DNA from: an uncultured Bacilli bacterium | GTDB taxonomy: Bacteria > Bacillota_I > Bacilli_A > RF39 > UBA660 | Reading direction: 5' to 3' | Assembly (NCBI GenBank): GCA_947626095.1 | Contig: CANQQV010000007.1 | Coordinates: 1-64,000 of the forward strand | Length of the DNA: 64,000 nucleotides | Shown here: positions 29,233 through 39,980 of the stretch, in pieces | Layout: every line of letters begins with the position of its first letter | Numbering within the stretch: position 1 is the stretch's first letter | The notes under the pieces: generated by a model | What the model saw: the letters and a program-made list of their open reading frames with translations, nothing else | What the model was told of the DNA's origin: nothing | The model's database searches: none | Position numbers and translations under genes: made by a program

Positions 29233-30318
29233 TTATTCTTTGACAATTCCAAATAACCTTGCTGACTTATTTCCTTCACTAGCAGGTCTATTTTTATCAA
29301 ATCCCAATTTATTCAAAAGTTCATCTAAAACACGATGTTTATCCTTTTTATCATCTAAAGGACAAATATTATGGAAAACACTACATCTAGCTTCTGCTTC
29401 AAAATCTCTAATATCATTAGAATCCAACAAGCTCTTATTTAAGATAACCTTTGTTCCTTTAATCTTATCTAAGATATTACGATCTCTTCTTACCATTTTA
29501 TTTAACATCAAAGTTGATGGTTCAATTAAATATAGCATTTCCGTACAATTTGCAGCTTCAGCACTATCATTAACATCAATCAATATAACATTATAATTAT
29601 TTACTGGATTCTTAATAATTGAACTTAAATCCTTACTACTAACACTCTTTAGTTCAGGATCATTAAAAAATAAGAAATCATTTTTATCCAATTCTAAACC
29701 CAACACTGAATAATTTTCTGATAATTGTTTTTTCAACATATAAATTAAAGTCGTAGCTCCAGCATGATCAGTTAAATCTTTAATTCCAATAATTCTTGTT
29801 CCACCAATACTTGGCATTGCAATAGAAGAATTAATAAATGATCTTTCATTAGCTGCCCCTCTACTACCATTAAATCCACCACCCATCATTCCTCCTTGCG
29901 GAGCTTGATTAGGCATTCCTCCACCATTATTACCAATAATATGGAATTGAGCTACATCTTTATACGTATTTGGATTATCAATCAAATACGTTATAGCATC
30001 AATATTTCTTGTAAAGTTATAAATTCCCATTGATACCAACTCAGAAAGGTATTGTGGTGAATTTACAACTGGTGAATCATCTAATAGTAAAATAATCTTT
30101 GACATATCCATACCAAAAGAAAGTCTTTGAATCTGTGATATGTCTTGATATCCTGCTATAGCTGTAATATCCAATATCATTTTATTAAAGAAAAAGTTAT
30201 CAAATTGTGCTACTAAATCATCAACTTGAAATTCACCATCAATAGTCTTAATCAAATCTATTTTATTACTTAAACTTGATAACATTGCTGAATATTTATT
30301 AGCAACTATAACATTCAT
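29233..30318 (-). CDS. TadZ/CpaE-like protein (receiver-like N-domain plus degenerate MinD/ParA domain)
   Basis: RIIGIKDLTDHAGATTL (Walker A without Lys), VLGLELD, VILIDV, LIEPS and VILNKS. Location within a Tad cluster. Confidence 0.6.
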   Translation of the reverse strand: MNVIVANKYSAMLSSLSNKIDLIKTIDGEFQVDDLVAQFDNFFFNKMILDITAIAGYQDISQIQRLSFGMDMSKIILLLDDSPVVNSPQYLSELVSMGIYNFTRNIDAITYLIDNPNTYKDVAQFHIIGNNGGGMPNQAPQGGMMGGGFNGSRGAANERSFINSSIAMPSIGGTRIIGIKDLTDHAGATTLIYMLKKQLSENYSVLGLELDKNDFLFFNDPELKSVSSKDLSSIIKNPVNNYNVILIDVNDSAEAANCTEMLYLIEPSTLMLNKMVRRDRNILDKIKGTKVILNKSLLDSNDIRDFEAEARCSVFHNICPLDDKKDKHRVLDELLNKLGFDKNRPASEGNKSARLFGIVKE

Positions 30319-30346
30319 TGTATGTCAACTCCCTTTATTCTAAAAA

Positions 30347-30943
30347 TCAACTAACATAATCTTCTGCTGTTATGCCTTCCCCTTCATCTTGAGGGTCATA
30401 TATTTCATCAGAAGTTCCATCTACTTTTACTGATAAGAATTCCTCTAAAACAGGAACTTCAAATTTATAAAATAATCTAACTTTATAATACACTGCCTTA
30501 TATCTGCCTGTTTGAGTATTGGCATTATACTTTGCAAAACAATAATAATATTTTTTACTAGAATCAGCAGGTTCAAATTCAGAAGCAGGACCACTTCCAC
30601 TACGAAGTTCAGAAACTCCATACCAATTACCTGAAATATCTCCTGCAGTATGAGGACAATAACCCATAGCGTCATAATTATTTCCCATTAAATAAAGATT
30701 AATAGTTTCAATAGTATTAACATTTATCTTAATTGCTGAACCATTTATTAATGATGTACCATCATGAGTTCCTGGACTTACAGATTTTGTAACTCCTTTA
30801 TGCTTTTCAATAATCGTTAAAACTTCATTTTTTATTTTAAAAGACTTTGAGTAATTAATATTAATAATGATATAAGCTGAAAATAAAGCAATAAAAACTA
30901 CTATTAAACCTAAAAGCCAAATATTTACAATTCCATTTTTCAT
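30347..30943 (-). CDS. TadE/TadF-like minor pilin
   Basis: N-terminal hydrophobic helix, NYSKSFKIKNEVLTIIE, Cys pair, YYKVRLFY.FE.P. Paralog of 30944..31489. Confidence 0.6.
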   Translation of the reverse strand: MKNGIVNIWLLGLIVVFIALFSAYIIININYSKSFKIKNEVLTIIEKHKGVTKSVSPGTHDGTSLINGSAIKINVNTIETINLYLMGNNYDAMGYCPHTAGDISGNWYGVSELRSGSGPASEFEPADSSKKYYYCFAKYNANTQTGRYKAVYYKVRLFYKFEVPVLEEFLSVKVDGTSDEIYDPQDEGEGITAEDYVS

Positions 30944-31489
30944 CTAACTACCACCATAACATCTATCATTGATTTCATCGAAATCATTTACTAAATAAAT
31001 AATTGAAGTTTCTCCTGAAATATTTATTTTAAACATACTTCTTAAGATTGGCCAATCCAATCTAAAGAAAACAACCGCCCCATAATACGCAGATTCAGGA
31101 TGCCCTACTGGTCCAGTCGTATAAATAACTGGGTCTTCGTCACCAGTACTTGAACTACGAGACGTAATCATATACTTAGTAATACAATAATTAGCATCAC
31201 CAGACCATCTAGGTTGTGGTGTTATATCACTTAATTTAAAATGAGCCCAACAATTACCATCTTCAGGACATTTACCGACTGAAGAATAACCAATACCTTT
31301 TAAATATTCATTAATTTTAGTAATCGAATCATTATTAATTCCGTGTGCTCTTTCAATTGTAATTAATATTTCATCTTTAATTTTATAACATCTTGAATAA
31401 TTCGTTGAAACACTAACAAAAGTTGTAAATAACGCTAAAAAAGATATTACTAAAACAAAAATCCATGTTCCTCCTATAGCTTCTTTCAA
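30944..31489 (-). CDS. TadE/TadF-like minor pilin
   Basis: TTG start MKEAIGG, TM helix, NYSRCYKIKDEILITIE, YYGAVVFF.LD.P. Confidence 0.6.
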   Translation of the reverse strand: MKEAIGGTWIFVLVISFLALFTTFVSVSTNYSRCYKIKDEILITIERAHGINNDSITKINEYLKGIGYSSVGKCPEDGNCWAHFKLSDITPQPRWSGDANYCITKYMITSRSSSTGDEDPVIYTTGPVGHPESAYYGAVVFFRLDWPILRSMFKINISGETSIIYLVNDFDEINDRCYGGS

Positions 31490-31498
31490 TGTTTACAC

Positions 31499-31735
31499 CT
31501 ACCCTCTAAATGGGCACATAAAGACTTCGTCAGACCCATCATTTGGATTTTTACAATATGCCATTAAAGTATTTGGATCATATCCATTATCGCACATTGC
31601 ATTAGCGCAAGTTGCTCTATCTTGCATACCATCTTTAATTATAGGCCAAATAAACATAAAGAAAAAAGCCGTAAGCAAAGCAACGGCTGAAACGACAATT
31701 ACAGAACCAGTTAATTCACCTGTAGCTTCTTTCAT
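31499..31735 (-). CDS. Flp-like pilin
   Basis: 78 aa, MKEATGEL followed by a hydrophobic helix and four Cys. Confidence 0.65.
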   Translation of the reverse strand: MKEATGELTGSVIVVSAVALLTAFFFMFIWPIIKDGMQDRATCANAMCDNGYDPNTLMAYCKNPNDGSDEVFMCPFRG

Positions 31736-31764
31736 TTCTAATCACCTCAATAATAATTCAAAAA

Positions 31765-32037
31765 CTAATTTGTTCCTGAGCAATGTTTTGAATAACTACG
31801 ATTATTATATGTAGCATTACAAGTAAAGTTTTGGCAATTAACACTAGTACCATTCATAGCACCAGTAGTAATATTTCCATCATAATTACCATCAGCATCA
31901 ATATTTGAACATGCAGTTTGCATTGCAATATTCGCTTGAATTTGTGGCATAATAAATACTGTAAATAATGCTGCAATCGCCGCAATTGCAACAACTGTAA
32001 TAACTGTCATGTTTAGTTCACCTGTAGCTTCTTTCAT
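31765..32037 (-). CDS. Flp-like pilin (likely the major Tad pilin)
   Basis: 90 aa, MKEATGEL followed by TVITVVAIAAIAALF and four Cys. Own promoter and strong SD. Confidence 0.68.
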   Translation of the reverse strand: MKEATGELNMTVITVVAIAAIAALFTVFIMPQIQANIAMQTACSNIDADGNYDGNITTGAMNGTSVNCQNFTCNATYNNRSYSKHCSGTN

Positions 32038-32074
32038 TTATAAAATCATCCTCTCTCTTATTATTACTAAAAAT

Positions 32075-32103
32075 AGTATATCATTTATATTTTTATTATT
32101 CAA
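32075..32103 (-). promoter_or_regulatory. sigma-A promoter of the pilin gene run
   Basis: TTGAAT (32098-32103), 17 nt spacer, extended TGaTATACT (-10 at 32075-32080). Confidence 0.7.
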
Positions 32104-32143
32104 TACTTTTTACAAAAGTATACGAAAAAAAAGGACTTAGTTT

Positions 32144-35100
32144 TTAATTATTATTATCACTAACTAAGTCTTTTCTAACATAGATTTTATATGAGTTTTC
32201 TTTTTCATAAAACAGCTCATAATCTTTAAAATTATCATACGTAAACAATCGATCATATGATATGACAAATAAATGTGTAAAATTATAAGCTTTTACAAAC
32301 TCTGCTATATCACCATTGCCCACTTGAATAGCAATATAATCACCAAAAATATCTCTACCACCATTCATAGTTAAATAAAATACTTCTGCTCTAGTATCCA
32401 TAAAAGATTTAATACCACGCCACTCTAAGTATCCACCAATATCATAATTTGTATATATCTTTATATCTTTAGGATCATATACCTCTAATAGTTTATCAAC
32501 ACCTTCTTTTAAATATGATTCCTTTTGACTATTCATTATTGTTTTACCAAAATGAATACTTACAACCCCTAATAAGACATAAAATAAAATTAAAGTTATT
32601 CGATATACATTTTTCTTAGGAATTAAACTTATTTCATCTAGACAATTATTCCTAAATATATTTTTAAAAAAGTAACAAAAAGGATAAGTAACAAACATTA
32701 CAAAAAAAGGAAAACTTTTTACAGCCATAAAAGATAAAATAATACAGCCAAATAACATACATAAATAACTAATCTTTACTTCTTTCTTTTTATTATAATT
32801 AACCATAAATATAATAAAATATATAAACAATACACCAATAGTATATAAACCAGGAAATTCCAATATTCTCATTGGTCTCATTTCACCAATTATTTCAGCT
32901 CCTTGACCACCGTATGAATTAATAAAATAACATATTGCATCTAATCCATAAGGATTAACAAAACCAGCTAGAAAAATAAACAGACAAATTATGATTAACC
33001 ACCTAAAATCATAAACATTTTTCTTTTTTAAAATAACTTCTTCAAAAAATCCCTCAGCAATAAAAGGTAGCATAAAAATAAATATAAACCACCATAAAGC
33101 AGCATTAAGATTTATTAGCAAAACAGATATAATTGGTAAGAAAAATAACACTTTATAGTTACCCTTTTTCATGAATATTTCCATAATATACACATCTAAT
33201 GCTAACAATATATAGGTAAAAACTTGTGGTCTAGTAGTTATAAAATAGTTATTTAACAATAATAAATTTATTATCAAACTTATTATTCCTGATAAAACAT
33301 AATTATTATCGCTTACCAACATACAAATCTTATAAATAATAAATAATAGTAAATAATTAATTAATATTAAAACTATAAAAACCCAAACAATTCCTGCTTT
33401 ATTATACAAAGTATAAAATCCTACAGAAAATAACCATTGTTGCATTACAAAAGGTAAATCTTCATGCATTGTAAATGGTTCAATCGTCGGAAACCCATGT
33501 TCTAAAACATACCTTCCATGATTTAATAAAAACCATGAATCATTATCTAAAGTCCACTTACTAAAACACCACCACAATAATGGTACAGAAATCATAAATA
33601 TTAATAAAAACCACTTACTTATTTTTATCTTACTAATTTTATTTTTTAATTTACTAACAATATTTTTTAACTTATTATTTTTTTCATCCTTTTCCTCATG
33701 ATATTCTTTTTCCGTATTTACATTCCAAATATCATCTTTAGTTGTTTCATCACCTAAAATACAATCAACAGCTTTCATACCAGTCATCATTGAATGATCC
33801 ATATTATTATAACGGTGTTGACCATTACGACCAATACAATATAAATTATCACATTTATTAATATAACTAATAACTTTATCTATTTCACTATAACTATCAA
33901 AATATGCTGGATAAGCTTTCTTGACCTTTTCACGATGAGAATCTAAAACATCATCACGATCTATAATCCCCATTTTTACAAGCTCATCTATTGCAAAGTT
34001 CTTACACTCTTCAACACTCATATTCCAAAATTCATCATTTTCATTACAGAAATATTCTAAGCCAACCCAAACTGTATCTTTAGGTTTCTTAACCATATAA
34101 GGACTCCAATTATTAAATATTTGAATTCTTCCCAACTTAACATCTGGTTCTTGAACATATATCCAACAATCAGGCACTATATTATTTAATGTTTTTATCT
34201 TTGTTTCATTTTTTAAATTAAGTTTTTTTACCAACAACCCTACTGTAACAAAATCACGATAAGGTAAATTATCAGCAATATTATAAACTTTCTTAGGAAC
34301 ATTATTCATATTACAAACTAAGTCTTTTAATGGCATACTAGAAATAAAAATATCGCCTTTAACAATTACTTCTTTTCCATCAACTAAACAAGAAATTGAC
34401 TTAATTTTATTTTTATCATTATTTATCTTTACAACTTGGTGATTTTTTAAAATAGTCCCACCCATTTTTTCAACTTCTTCGGCAACTTTTTCCCATAATT
34501 CACCTGGACCATATTTCGGATATATATATTCTTCTATTAAAGATGTTTCCTTATCTTTATTTTTTTTCTTAAATAATTTTAAAATTGAATCTTTTAAAAC
34601 AGCAAAGATCGAAAGTCCTTTAACTCTTTGAGCTCCCCAATCTGCTGATATATTTTTGGGATGTCTTCCCCATAGTTTTTCCGTATAACCTTCAAAAAAA
34701 GTTGAATATAATTTTTTACCGAAACGATTAATATAAAAGTTTTCTAAATTATCTTCTTTTTTCTTAATAACAATACTTTTTAAATAACTAAATCCACTTT
34801 GAATTGTTCTTACAAGTCCTAAATTCTTAAAAGTTTGCAATTTCATACTAACGGGATAATCAAAGAACTTTTTTAAGTAATAAATACGTGAAACACGATT
34901 TCTAACTAAAAAAACATTATCTTCTTTTTCTGGATCCGGTCCACCATCTGATAAACTTTTTTCTCTTTTTAACATTTTATCATCAAAAGATGGCTTTCCT
35001 TGAATAGGCATTATACTTTGCCAAAAATCATTAACACGTTTTTCTTTAGAAAAAAATCTATGTCCACCAATATCCATTCTATTGCCTTTATAATTAACAG

Positions 35101-35233
35101 TTTTAGAAATTCCACCAATTGAGTTACTCTCTTCTAAAATCGTAACATTATAACCTTTACTTCTTTTTAATAATTCATAAGCTGCCGTAAGTCCAGCTGG
35201 ACCTGCACCAATAATAATTGCTTTTTTCTTCAT
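32144..35233 (-). CDS. Fusion of an NAD(P)/FAD-dependent oxidoreductase (UDP-galactopyranose mutase/HemY-like) and a polytopic GT-C-like glycosyltransferase
   Basis: N-half: [44 protein letters not shown]-half: [30 protein letters not shown], about 11 TM helices. One uninterrupted frame. Confidence 0.8.
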   Translation of the reverse strand: MKKKAIIIGAGPAGLTAAYELLKRSKGYNVTILEESNSIGGISKTVNYKGNRMDIGGHRFFSKEKRVNDFWQSIMPIQGKPSFDDKMLKREKSLSDGGPDPEKEDNVFLVRNRVSRIYYLKKFFDYPVSMKLQTFKNLGLVRTIQSGFSYLKSIVIKKKEDNLENFYINRFGKKLYSTFFEGYTEKLWGRHPKNISADWGAQRVKGLSIFAVLKDSILKLFKKKNKDKETSLIEEYIYPKYGPGELWEKVAEEVEKMGGTILKNHQVVKINNDKNKIKSISCLVDGKEVIVKGDIFISSMPLKDLVCNMNNVPKKVYNIADNLPYRDFVTVGLLVKKLNLKNETKIKTLNNIVPDCWIYVQEPDVKLGRIQIFNNWSPYMVKKPKDTVWVGLEYFCNENDEFWNMSVEECKNFAIDELVKMGIIDRDDVLDSHREKVKKAYPAYFDSYSEIDKVISYINKCDNLYCIGRNGQHRYNNMDHSMMTGMKAVDCILGDETTKDDIWNVNTEKEYHEEKDEKNNKLKNIVSKLKNKISKIKISKWFLLIFMISVPLLWWCFSKWTLDNDSWFLLNHGRYVLEHGFPTIEPFTMHEDLPFVMQQWLFSVGFYTLYNKAGIVWVFIVLILINYLLLFIIYKICMLVSDNNYVLSGIISLIINLLLLNNYFITTRPQVFTYILLALDVYIMEIFMKKGNYKVLFFLPIISVLLINLNAALWWFIFIFMLPFIAEGFFEEVILKKKNVYDFRWLIIICLFIFLAGFVNPYGLDAICYFINSYGGQGAEIIGEMRPMRILEFPGLYTIGVLFIYFIIFMVNYNKKKEVKISYLCMLFGCIILSFMAVKSFPFFVMFVTYPFCYFFKNIFRNNCLDEISLIPKKNVYRITLILFYVLLGVVSIHFGKTIMNSQKESYLKEGVDKLLEVYDPKDIKIYTNYDIGGYLEWRGIKSFMDTRAEVFYLTMNGGRDIFGDYIAIQVGNGDIAEFVKAYNFTHLFVISYDRLFTYDNFKDYELFYEKENSYKIYVRKDLVSDNNN

Positions 35234-35330
35234 TAAAATCCCCCTAAGAAAGATATCCATATATCATATATAGATATATTATAACATAAAAAAAAGATAT
35301 TTAGAAATATCTTTATTTATTAAAACATTA

Positions 35331-36119
35331 TTATGAACCAATCATGTTCATAACCGCAATTAGTAGTAGAATCATAACACCGATACCAGTACATACTAAC
35401 ATACTCATTGTTTTATTTTCCATTTTATCCAAACGCTCTTTATATCGCGTCTCACGAGCTTTTTGTTGTAAGTTTGAAATAGTCTTTGAGAAAGTAATTA
35501 ATTGTTCTTGTTTCCTCTCTTGACGACCTAAACTTAAACGATATAACAAACGCATCATACGCATTGAATCACGAACTGGATACATCTGCGCAAATTCCAT
35601 ATATGGTGTAACAGTTGCATCACCGGCATTAATCTTATTAATCATATCGATTAAACCTTCTCTAAATATCTCCGGTGCGTCATTAATTGATTTACCTAAA
35701 GCAACTGGAACAGTATAGTGTTGAATTAAAATTTCTAGACCTTTTAAGTAATAAGGTAACATTGAATCTATTTGTAATAAGTGGGCTTTATAAAAACTCT
35801 TTAAATTCAAATAATCCAATTTAAACATTCCATACCCACCAACAACAGCTAAAACAACTTTAACAGCTGTTAAATTAGATATCATAATAAATATCAATAA
35901 TATTATAACTATTAAACCATTCTTTATTCTCTTTTGGAATAAAACATCAGAATCAAGACCTTCACCATATTTAGCTCTAACTAAGAAATCATAATCTTCT
36001 TCTTTTAGCTTCATAAAGATATCTTGATTATCTTGAATAAATTTATTAGGTTTAATATAACCATTAACAGTTAAAACAATAAAAGCAACTAATCCAATAA
36101 CAATAACTTCAAAATACAT
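35331..36119 (-). CDS. tadC: TadC-like pilus platform protein
   Basis: TM pair, then LPYYLKGLEIL.....VP.AL and a C-terminal TM helix (T2SSF-like layout). Follows tadB. Confidence 0.65.
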   Translation of the reverse strand: MYFEVIVIGLVAFIVLTVNGYIKPNKFIQDNQDIFMKLKEEDYDFLVRAKYGEGLDSDVLFQKRIKNGLIVIILLIFIMISNLTAVKVVLAVVGGYGMFKLDYLNLKSFYKAHLLQIDSMLPYYLKGLEILIQHYTVPVALGKSINDAPEIFREGLIDMINKINAGDATVTPYMEFAQMYPVRDSMRMMRLLYRLSLGRQERKQEQLITFSKTISNLQQKARETRYKERLDKMENKTMSMLVCTGIGVMILLLIAVMNMIGS

Positions 36120-36121
36120 AA

Positions 36122-37015
36122 CTACTCAACCCCCACATCTTCGTTATAATATTTTTCCCCTGTTACTAAGAAATAACAATTGATAATTATTATTGCATGT
36201 AATATTAATTGAACATACCAGTTTTCTAACATTGCTAAATATTCAGATCTACCAAATAATAGCTGCATAACTAAAACCAGTAAGAATAAAGCCATACCAA
36301 ATGTTAAGAACTTTTTATGGAATGTTTGTCTATCCATTCTATCACGATAAACACCTTCAACCAAAGCATCTATATCCATTGACATTAATTCTAGTGCTTC
36401 ACCAGAATCTCTTGCACCTTCTTTAGTAATCTGCAAGAATAATTGGTGCATATTTTTAACCATATAATACGGATAAGCATTGTTAAAGAAGTCAATTGAT
36501 TGATCAATCGTACCATTATCATAAGACATTTGAATCATTCTTTTAACATCCCTTAATACAGGATCTTGTAAAATACCAGAATCTCTAACACCTTCTAAAG
36601 CTTTAACAAAACTCTGAGTTGTATTAAATTCCATAATAACGTTTGTCGTATAAACTTGAACTTGTTCAAATAAATATTCACTATATAATCTTTGTGTCCT
36701 TAAATAATTTAAATAAGGAACAAAACATATCGCAATTATTGTATAAACAACTGTTACAGGAATACTATAGAAATATAAGAAAGTTATACCTGCAGCTGCT
36801 CCACCCATAAGAAGAACTTGCGTAGCATACTGCCTAGGTGTATATTCATATCCTAATTCTTTAGTTTTCTCTTTAACCTCACGATAACTATAAGGCGCAT
36901 ATGTATTATAAACATTAGATACAGTATCAGCAAAAAATTTATAAACATTATCACCAGTATTAAAACGATATGCTAAAACGAAAACTGCTATAACTAACCA
37001 TATAACTAATTCCAT
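36122..37015 (-). CDS. tadB: TadB-like pilus platform protein
   Basis: TM pair, helical T2SSF-like domain (SFVKALE...EG..D..EAL), two C-terminal TM helices. Follows tadA. Confidence 0.65.
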   Translation of the reverse strand: MELVIWLVIAVFVLAYRFNTGDNVYKFFADTVSNVYNTYAPYSYREVKEKTKELGYEYTPRQYATQVLLMGGAAAGITFLYFYSIPVTVVYTIIAICFVPYLNYLRTQRLYSEYLFEQVQVYTTNVIMEFNTTQSFVKALEGVRDSGILQDPVLRDVKRMIQMSYDNGTIDQSIDFFNNAYPYYMVKNMHQLFLQITKEGARDSGEALELMSMDIDALVEGVYRDRMDRQTFHKKFLTFGMALFLLVLVMQLLFGRSEYLAMLENWYVQLILHAIIIINCYFLVTGEKYYNEDVGVE

Positions 37016-37030
37016 AATATCACCTTCTTT

Positions 37031-38596
37031 TTATAAAACATCGCTAGTTGGTGTTGAAGCAACATTTTGTCCAACACTATTTGGCATCACAGCTGTCGGA
37101 AAAATATTTGGTTGAGGGCTTGGTGCTACACTCGTTGCTGGTGTAGCAGGTGCAGCTGGCGTAACAGGACTAGTTGTAACAGCCGAAACAGGAGCTGATA
37201 CTGAAGCCTGAAATGGAACCACAGCAGCTGGTGCTACATTTTGCGTTTGAGGCACAGCTGGTGCTGGAACAGGTTGTGAAGATGCAGCTACACTAGGCTG
37301 AGGCACAGCAGATACTGGCACAGTTGGGATAGGTTGCTCTTCTAAAACCTCTTGGCTGTTAACAACTTGAGAGTTATTAACAGCAGGAGTAGTTCCACCA
37401 TTTTGCGCTTCCCCATTCGTTGAATCACCCTCATTAAGAGCATCAATCAAAGTATTCTTAGTTTCCTTATTTGCTAAATTATCATCTTTACTGTCTCTTA
37501 AATTAGATAAATCTTCCTTAGATTCAGCATCCCCTAAACCAAAAATATCATCATTTTCAAAATAAACATTACCAATAGCTAAATAATCAATTAGCTTCTT
37601 AGTAGGATTATGTAAAGTAACTTTACCATCCAATGTTTTAGAATATAAAATATTAGACTTTGGCTTATTAGTTTCGTCATCAACATAAAATTCACATATC
37701 TCCATAATTTCACGTTGGAAACGATCTAAAGCCTTAGAATAATAACCTTTAACATATATACCAATTTGAATATATCTATGAATTGAAGATAGATATTGTT
37801 CAATATCTTGGCTACCTTCAAGTAACGCATACATACGCATTGGTATACTTGATGCCTTATCGGCATGAATTGTTGAAATAATATGGTGTCCAGAAGAAAT
37901 AGAGTTACGAACTGCCATAACTGCTTCAGCTGAACGAACCTCGGCAAGTAATATCCATATTGGGTTCTGTCTCATGCAGGCTACTAAGGCATCAGTATAA
38001 GATGCTATATTATTAGTCTTCATGGCCACAATATCACGATGAGGGAAAATTTTATCTAAGTGAAGTTCCAAAGTATCCTCAATAGATATAATTTTTTCAT
38101 CTTCTTTTGTATTACTAGCTAAATATTTAACAAGTTCTGTTTTACCAGAACCAGTTTCTCCTGCAATCATTATATTGCAATGACCCCAAACACATTTTAT
38201 TAAAAAATCATGCATTTGATCAGTAATATATTGTTCGTTAATTAATTTTTCTTTATTTAAACGAATCTTAGCAGGAGTTTTACGTATCAAGCACGCGATT
38301 CCATTTGTAGCAATGGAATCGTGGACAAAGTTCATACGTAATTCAGCACTTTCAGAGTCAAGAAATGGATGAGCCATATTGAAAGTTCTACCCATAACAT
38401 TTGCACATTGAAAGGCTAATTTTTCCATAAACGGATTATTTATATCAGGTCTTTCAACTTGATAAACACCTTTAGACAATGTCTTTAACCAAACTTGGCC
38501 ACCATTACTATATGAAATATCGGTAATATCATCATCCTCTAAAAACTCAGATAATGGGCCAAAATCCATCTGGGAGAAAACATTCTTCTCATCCAT
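37031..38596 (-). CDS. tadA: TadA/CpaF (VirB11-family) pilus assembly ATPase with a Pro/Val/Ala-rich tail
   Basis: GPLSEFLEDDDITDI, IRK, Walker A GETGSGKT, IEDTLEL, RQNP.WILLAEVR and His box GHHIISTIHA. Confidence 0.9.
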   Translation of the reverse strand: MDEKNVFSQMDFGPLSEFLEDDDITDISYSNGGQVWLKTLSKGVYQVERPDINNPFMEKLAFQCANVMGRTFNMAHPFLDSESAELRMNFVHDSIATNGIACLIRKTPAKIRLNKEKLINEQYITDQMHDFLIKCVWGHCNIMIAGETGSGKTELVKYLASNTKEDEKIISIEDTLELHLDKIFPHRDIVAMKTNNIASYTDALVACMRQNPIWILLAEVRSAEAVMAVRNSISSGHHIISTIHADKASSIPMRMYALLEGSQDIEQYLSSIHRYIQIGIYVKGYYSKALDRFQREIMEICEFYVDDETNKPKSNILYSKTLDGKVTLHNPTKKLIDYLAIGNVYFENDDIFGLGDAESKEDLSNLRDSKDDNLANKETKNTLIDALNEGDSTNGEAQNGGTTPAVNNSQVVNSQEVLEEQPIPTVPVSAVPQPSVAASSQPVPAPAVPQTQNVAPAAVVPFQASVSAPVSAVTTSPVTPAAPATPATSVAPSPQPNIFPTAVMPNSVGQNVASTPTSDVL

Positions 38597-38627
38597 AAAA
38601 ACACCCTCTTTTTATTTTTTATATTAA

Positions 38628-39431
38628 TTAACACAATGTTAAATCAGTACACTCATCAGCAATAATGTGAGTTTGATTTATAATAAGTGATCTTAATTCT
38701 TCATTAGATAATTTTGTTGCATTAGCACTAGTTGCATAAGTAGTATTACGTGCAATTGGTTCAATGACAATGCCCAATTTTTCTGCCTTCTTAAGTAGTA
38801 AGAATATTTCTTCAGGAACAGCAAAGAATAAATAGTCAGCATTACCAGGGTTATCTTTATCAGCAAAAACATTATTACCTTTTGCATCCTTAACCGCTAA
38901 AACTTCAATTGAAGCATATAATCTACCATATACTATCTTATTTTCATCTTCTTCAACAGTAGAAGATAAATATAAGTCTATCTTATTTTCTGGCATTATT
39001 GAATTTGCCATAATAGTACTACTATTAACCTTTAATTGATAAACTGTATATCCATCTTGAATATCAGAGAACATTGAATCAGGCATATCCTCTTCATTCA
39101 TTAACTGTTCATCATAGAAGAAACTATTTCTAGCTATCTTTCCATCATAAGCAACAACTTTACCAATAATAGCATCAGGTTGAGTTACAATATTATCCAT
39201 ATTTGCAATAACATCTTTTGGTAAATCAGCATACCCTATATCATCAGCTGTAATTTTCTTACGAGCAACTAAAGTATTTTTACAAAAAGGAACTCTTGTA
39301 GGTTGAATAGATTGAGTTACTCTCCAACTATATCCTAAATATAAAACAACTAAACCAATTAACACACCTAATATTGTAATTGTATTTTTATTACTTAAAA
39401 ACTTTTTAAAAGGTACAAGTAAATTTCCCAT
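38628..39431 (-). CDS. cpaB: CpaB/RcpC-like SAF-domain pilus assembly protein
   Basis: N-terminal TM helix, SAF-like (VP....L....IT.DDI...IIGKV), then SI.P..KIDLY and IEVLAV.D. Confidence 0.7.
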   Translation of the reverse strand: MGNLLVPFKKFLSNKNTITILGVLIGLVVLYLGYSWRVTQSIQPTRVPFCKNTLVARKKITADDIGYADLPKDVIANMDNIVTQPDAIIGKVVAYDGKIARNSFFYDEQLMNEEDMPDSMFSDIQDGYTVYQLKVNSSTIMANSIMPENKIDLYLSSTVEEDENKIVYGRLYASIEVLAVKDAKGNNVFADKDNPGNADYLFFAVPEEIFLLLKKAEKLGIVIEPIARNTTYATSANATKLSNEELRSLIINQTHIIADECTDLTLC

Positions 39432-39454
39432 TCTTATTCCTCCTTATTTACATC

Positions 39455-39964
39455 CTATGGATAATAATCACAATAACTATTATTCATCTTATCAGATACA
39501 CAATTTAAACCGTCATCATCACAGTCCAAATTTGCTGAATCAAATTCAACGATCAAATCTATTGAATTAACAACATCTAAATCAGTCATAGCATGTTCTC
39601 CTGCCGTTTCCTCAGTATCACGACCAATTATAAAACCAGCAGTTGTTGTTGATATTTTGACACTTACTTTAGGAGGAGATTCATATAAATCATAAAATTG
39701 AATATTATAACTATCAGTTACTGAAACAGTTTCAGCGAATCTTCTTAGGAAGTTTTCAACGAAAACTTCCTTTAAGATTCTAACTTGTCCAGTTTGTGAA
39801 TAATATCTATAATCAATTGCATCATACAATGCACTATTTGCTACTTCTTTCAATTGATAATAATCTTGAGTATTAGATGTCGTAGCATCATTTGTTAACA
39901 TCATAACTGATGCTATAAAGATACCAAGAATTATAAACCAATAGCCCCAGTAGGATTCTTTCAT
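39455..39964 (-). CDS. DUF5411-like/TadE-like pilin-type protein
   Basis: MKESYWG, TM helix, QDYYQLKE....ALYDAID, KEVFVENFLRRFAE and PPKVSV. Confidence 0.6.
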   Translation of the reverse strand: MKESYWGYWFIILGIFIASVMMLTNDATTSNTQDYYQLKEVANSALYDAIDYRYYSQTGQVRILKEVFVENFLRRFAETVSVTDSYNIQFYDLYESPPKVSVKISTTTAGFIIGRDTEETAGEHAMTDLDVVNSIDLIVEFDSANLDCDDDGLNCVSDKMNNSYCDYYP

Positions 39965-39980
39965 ATGTTCTCACTCCTTT

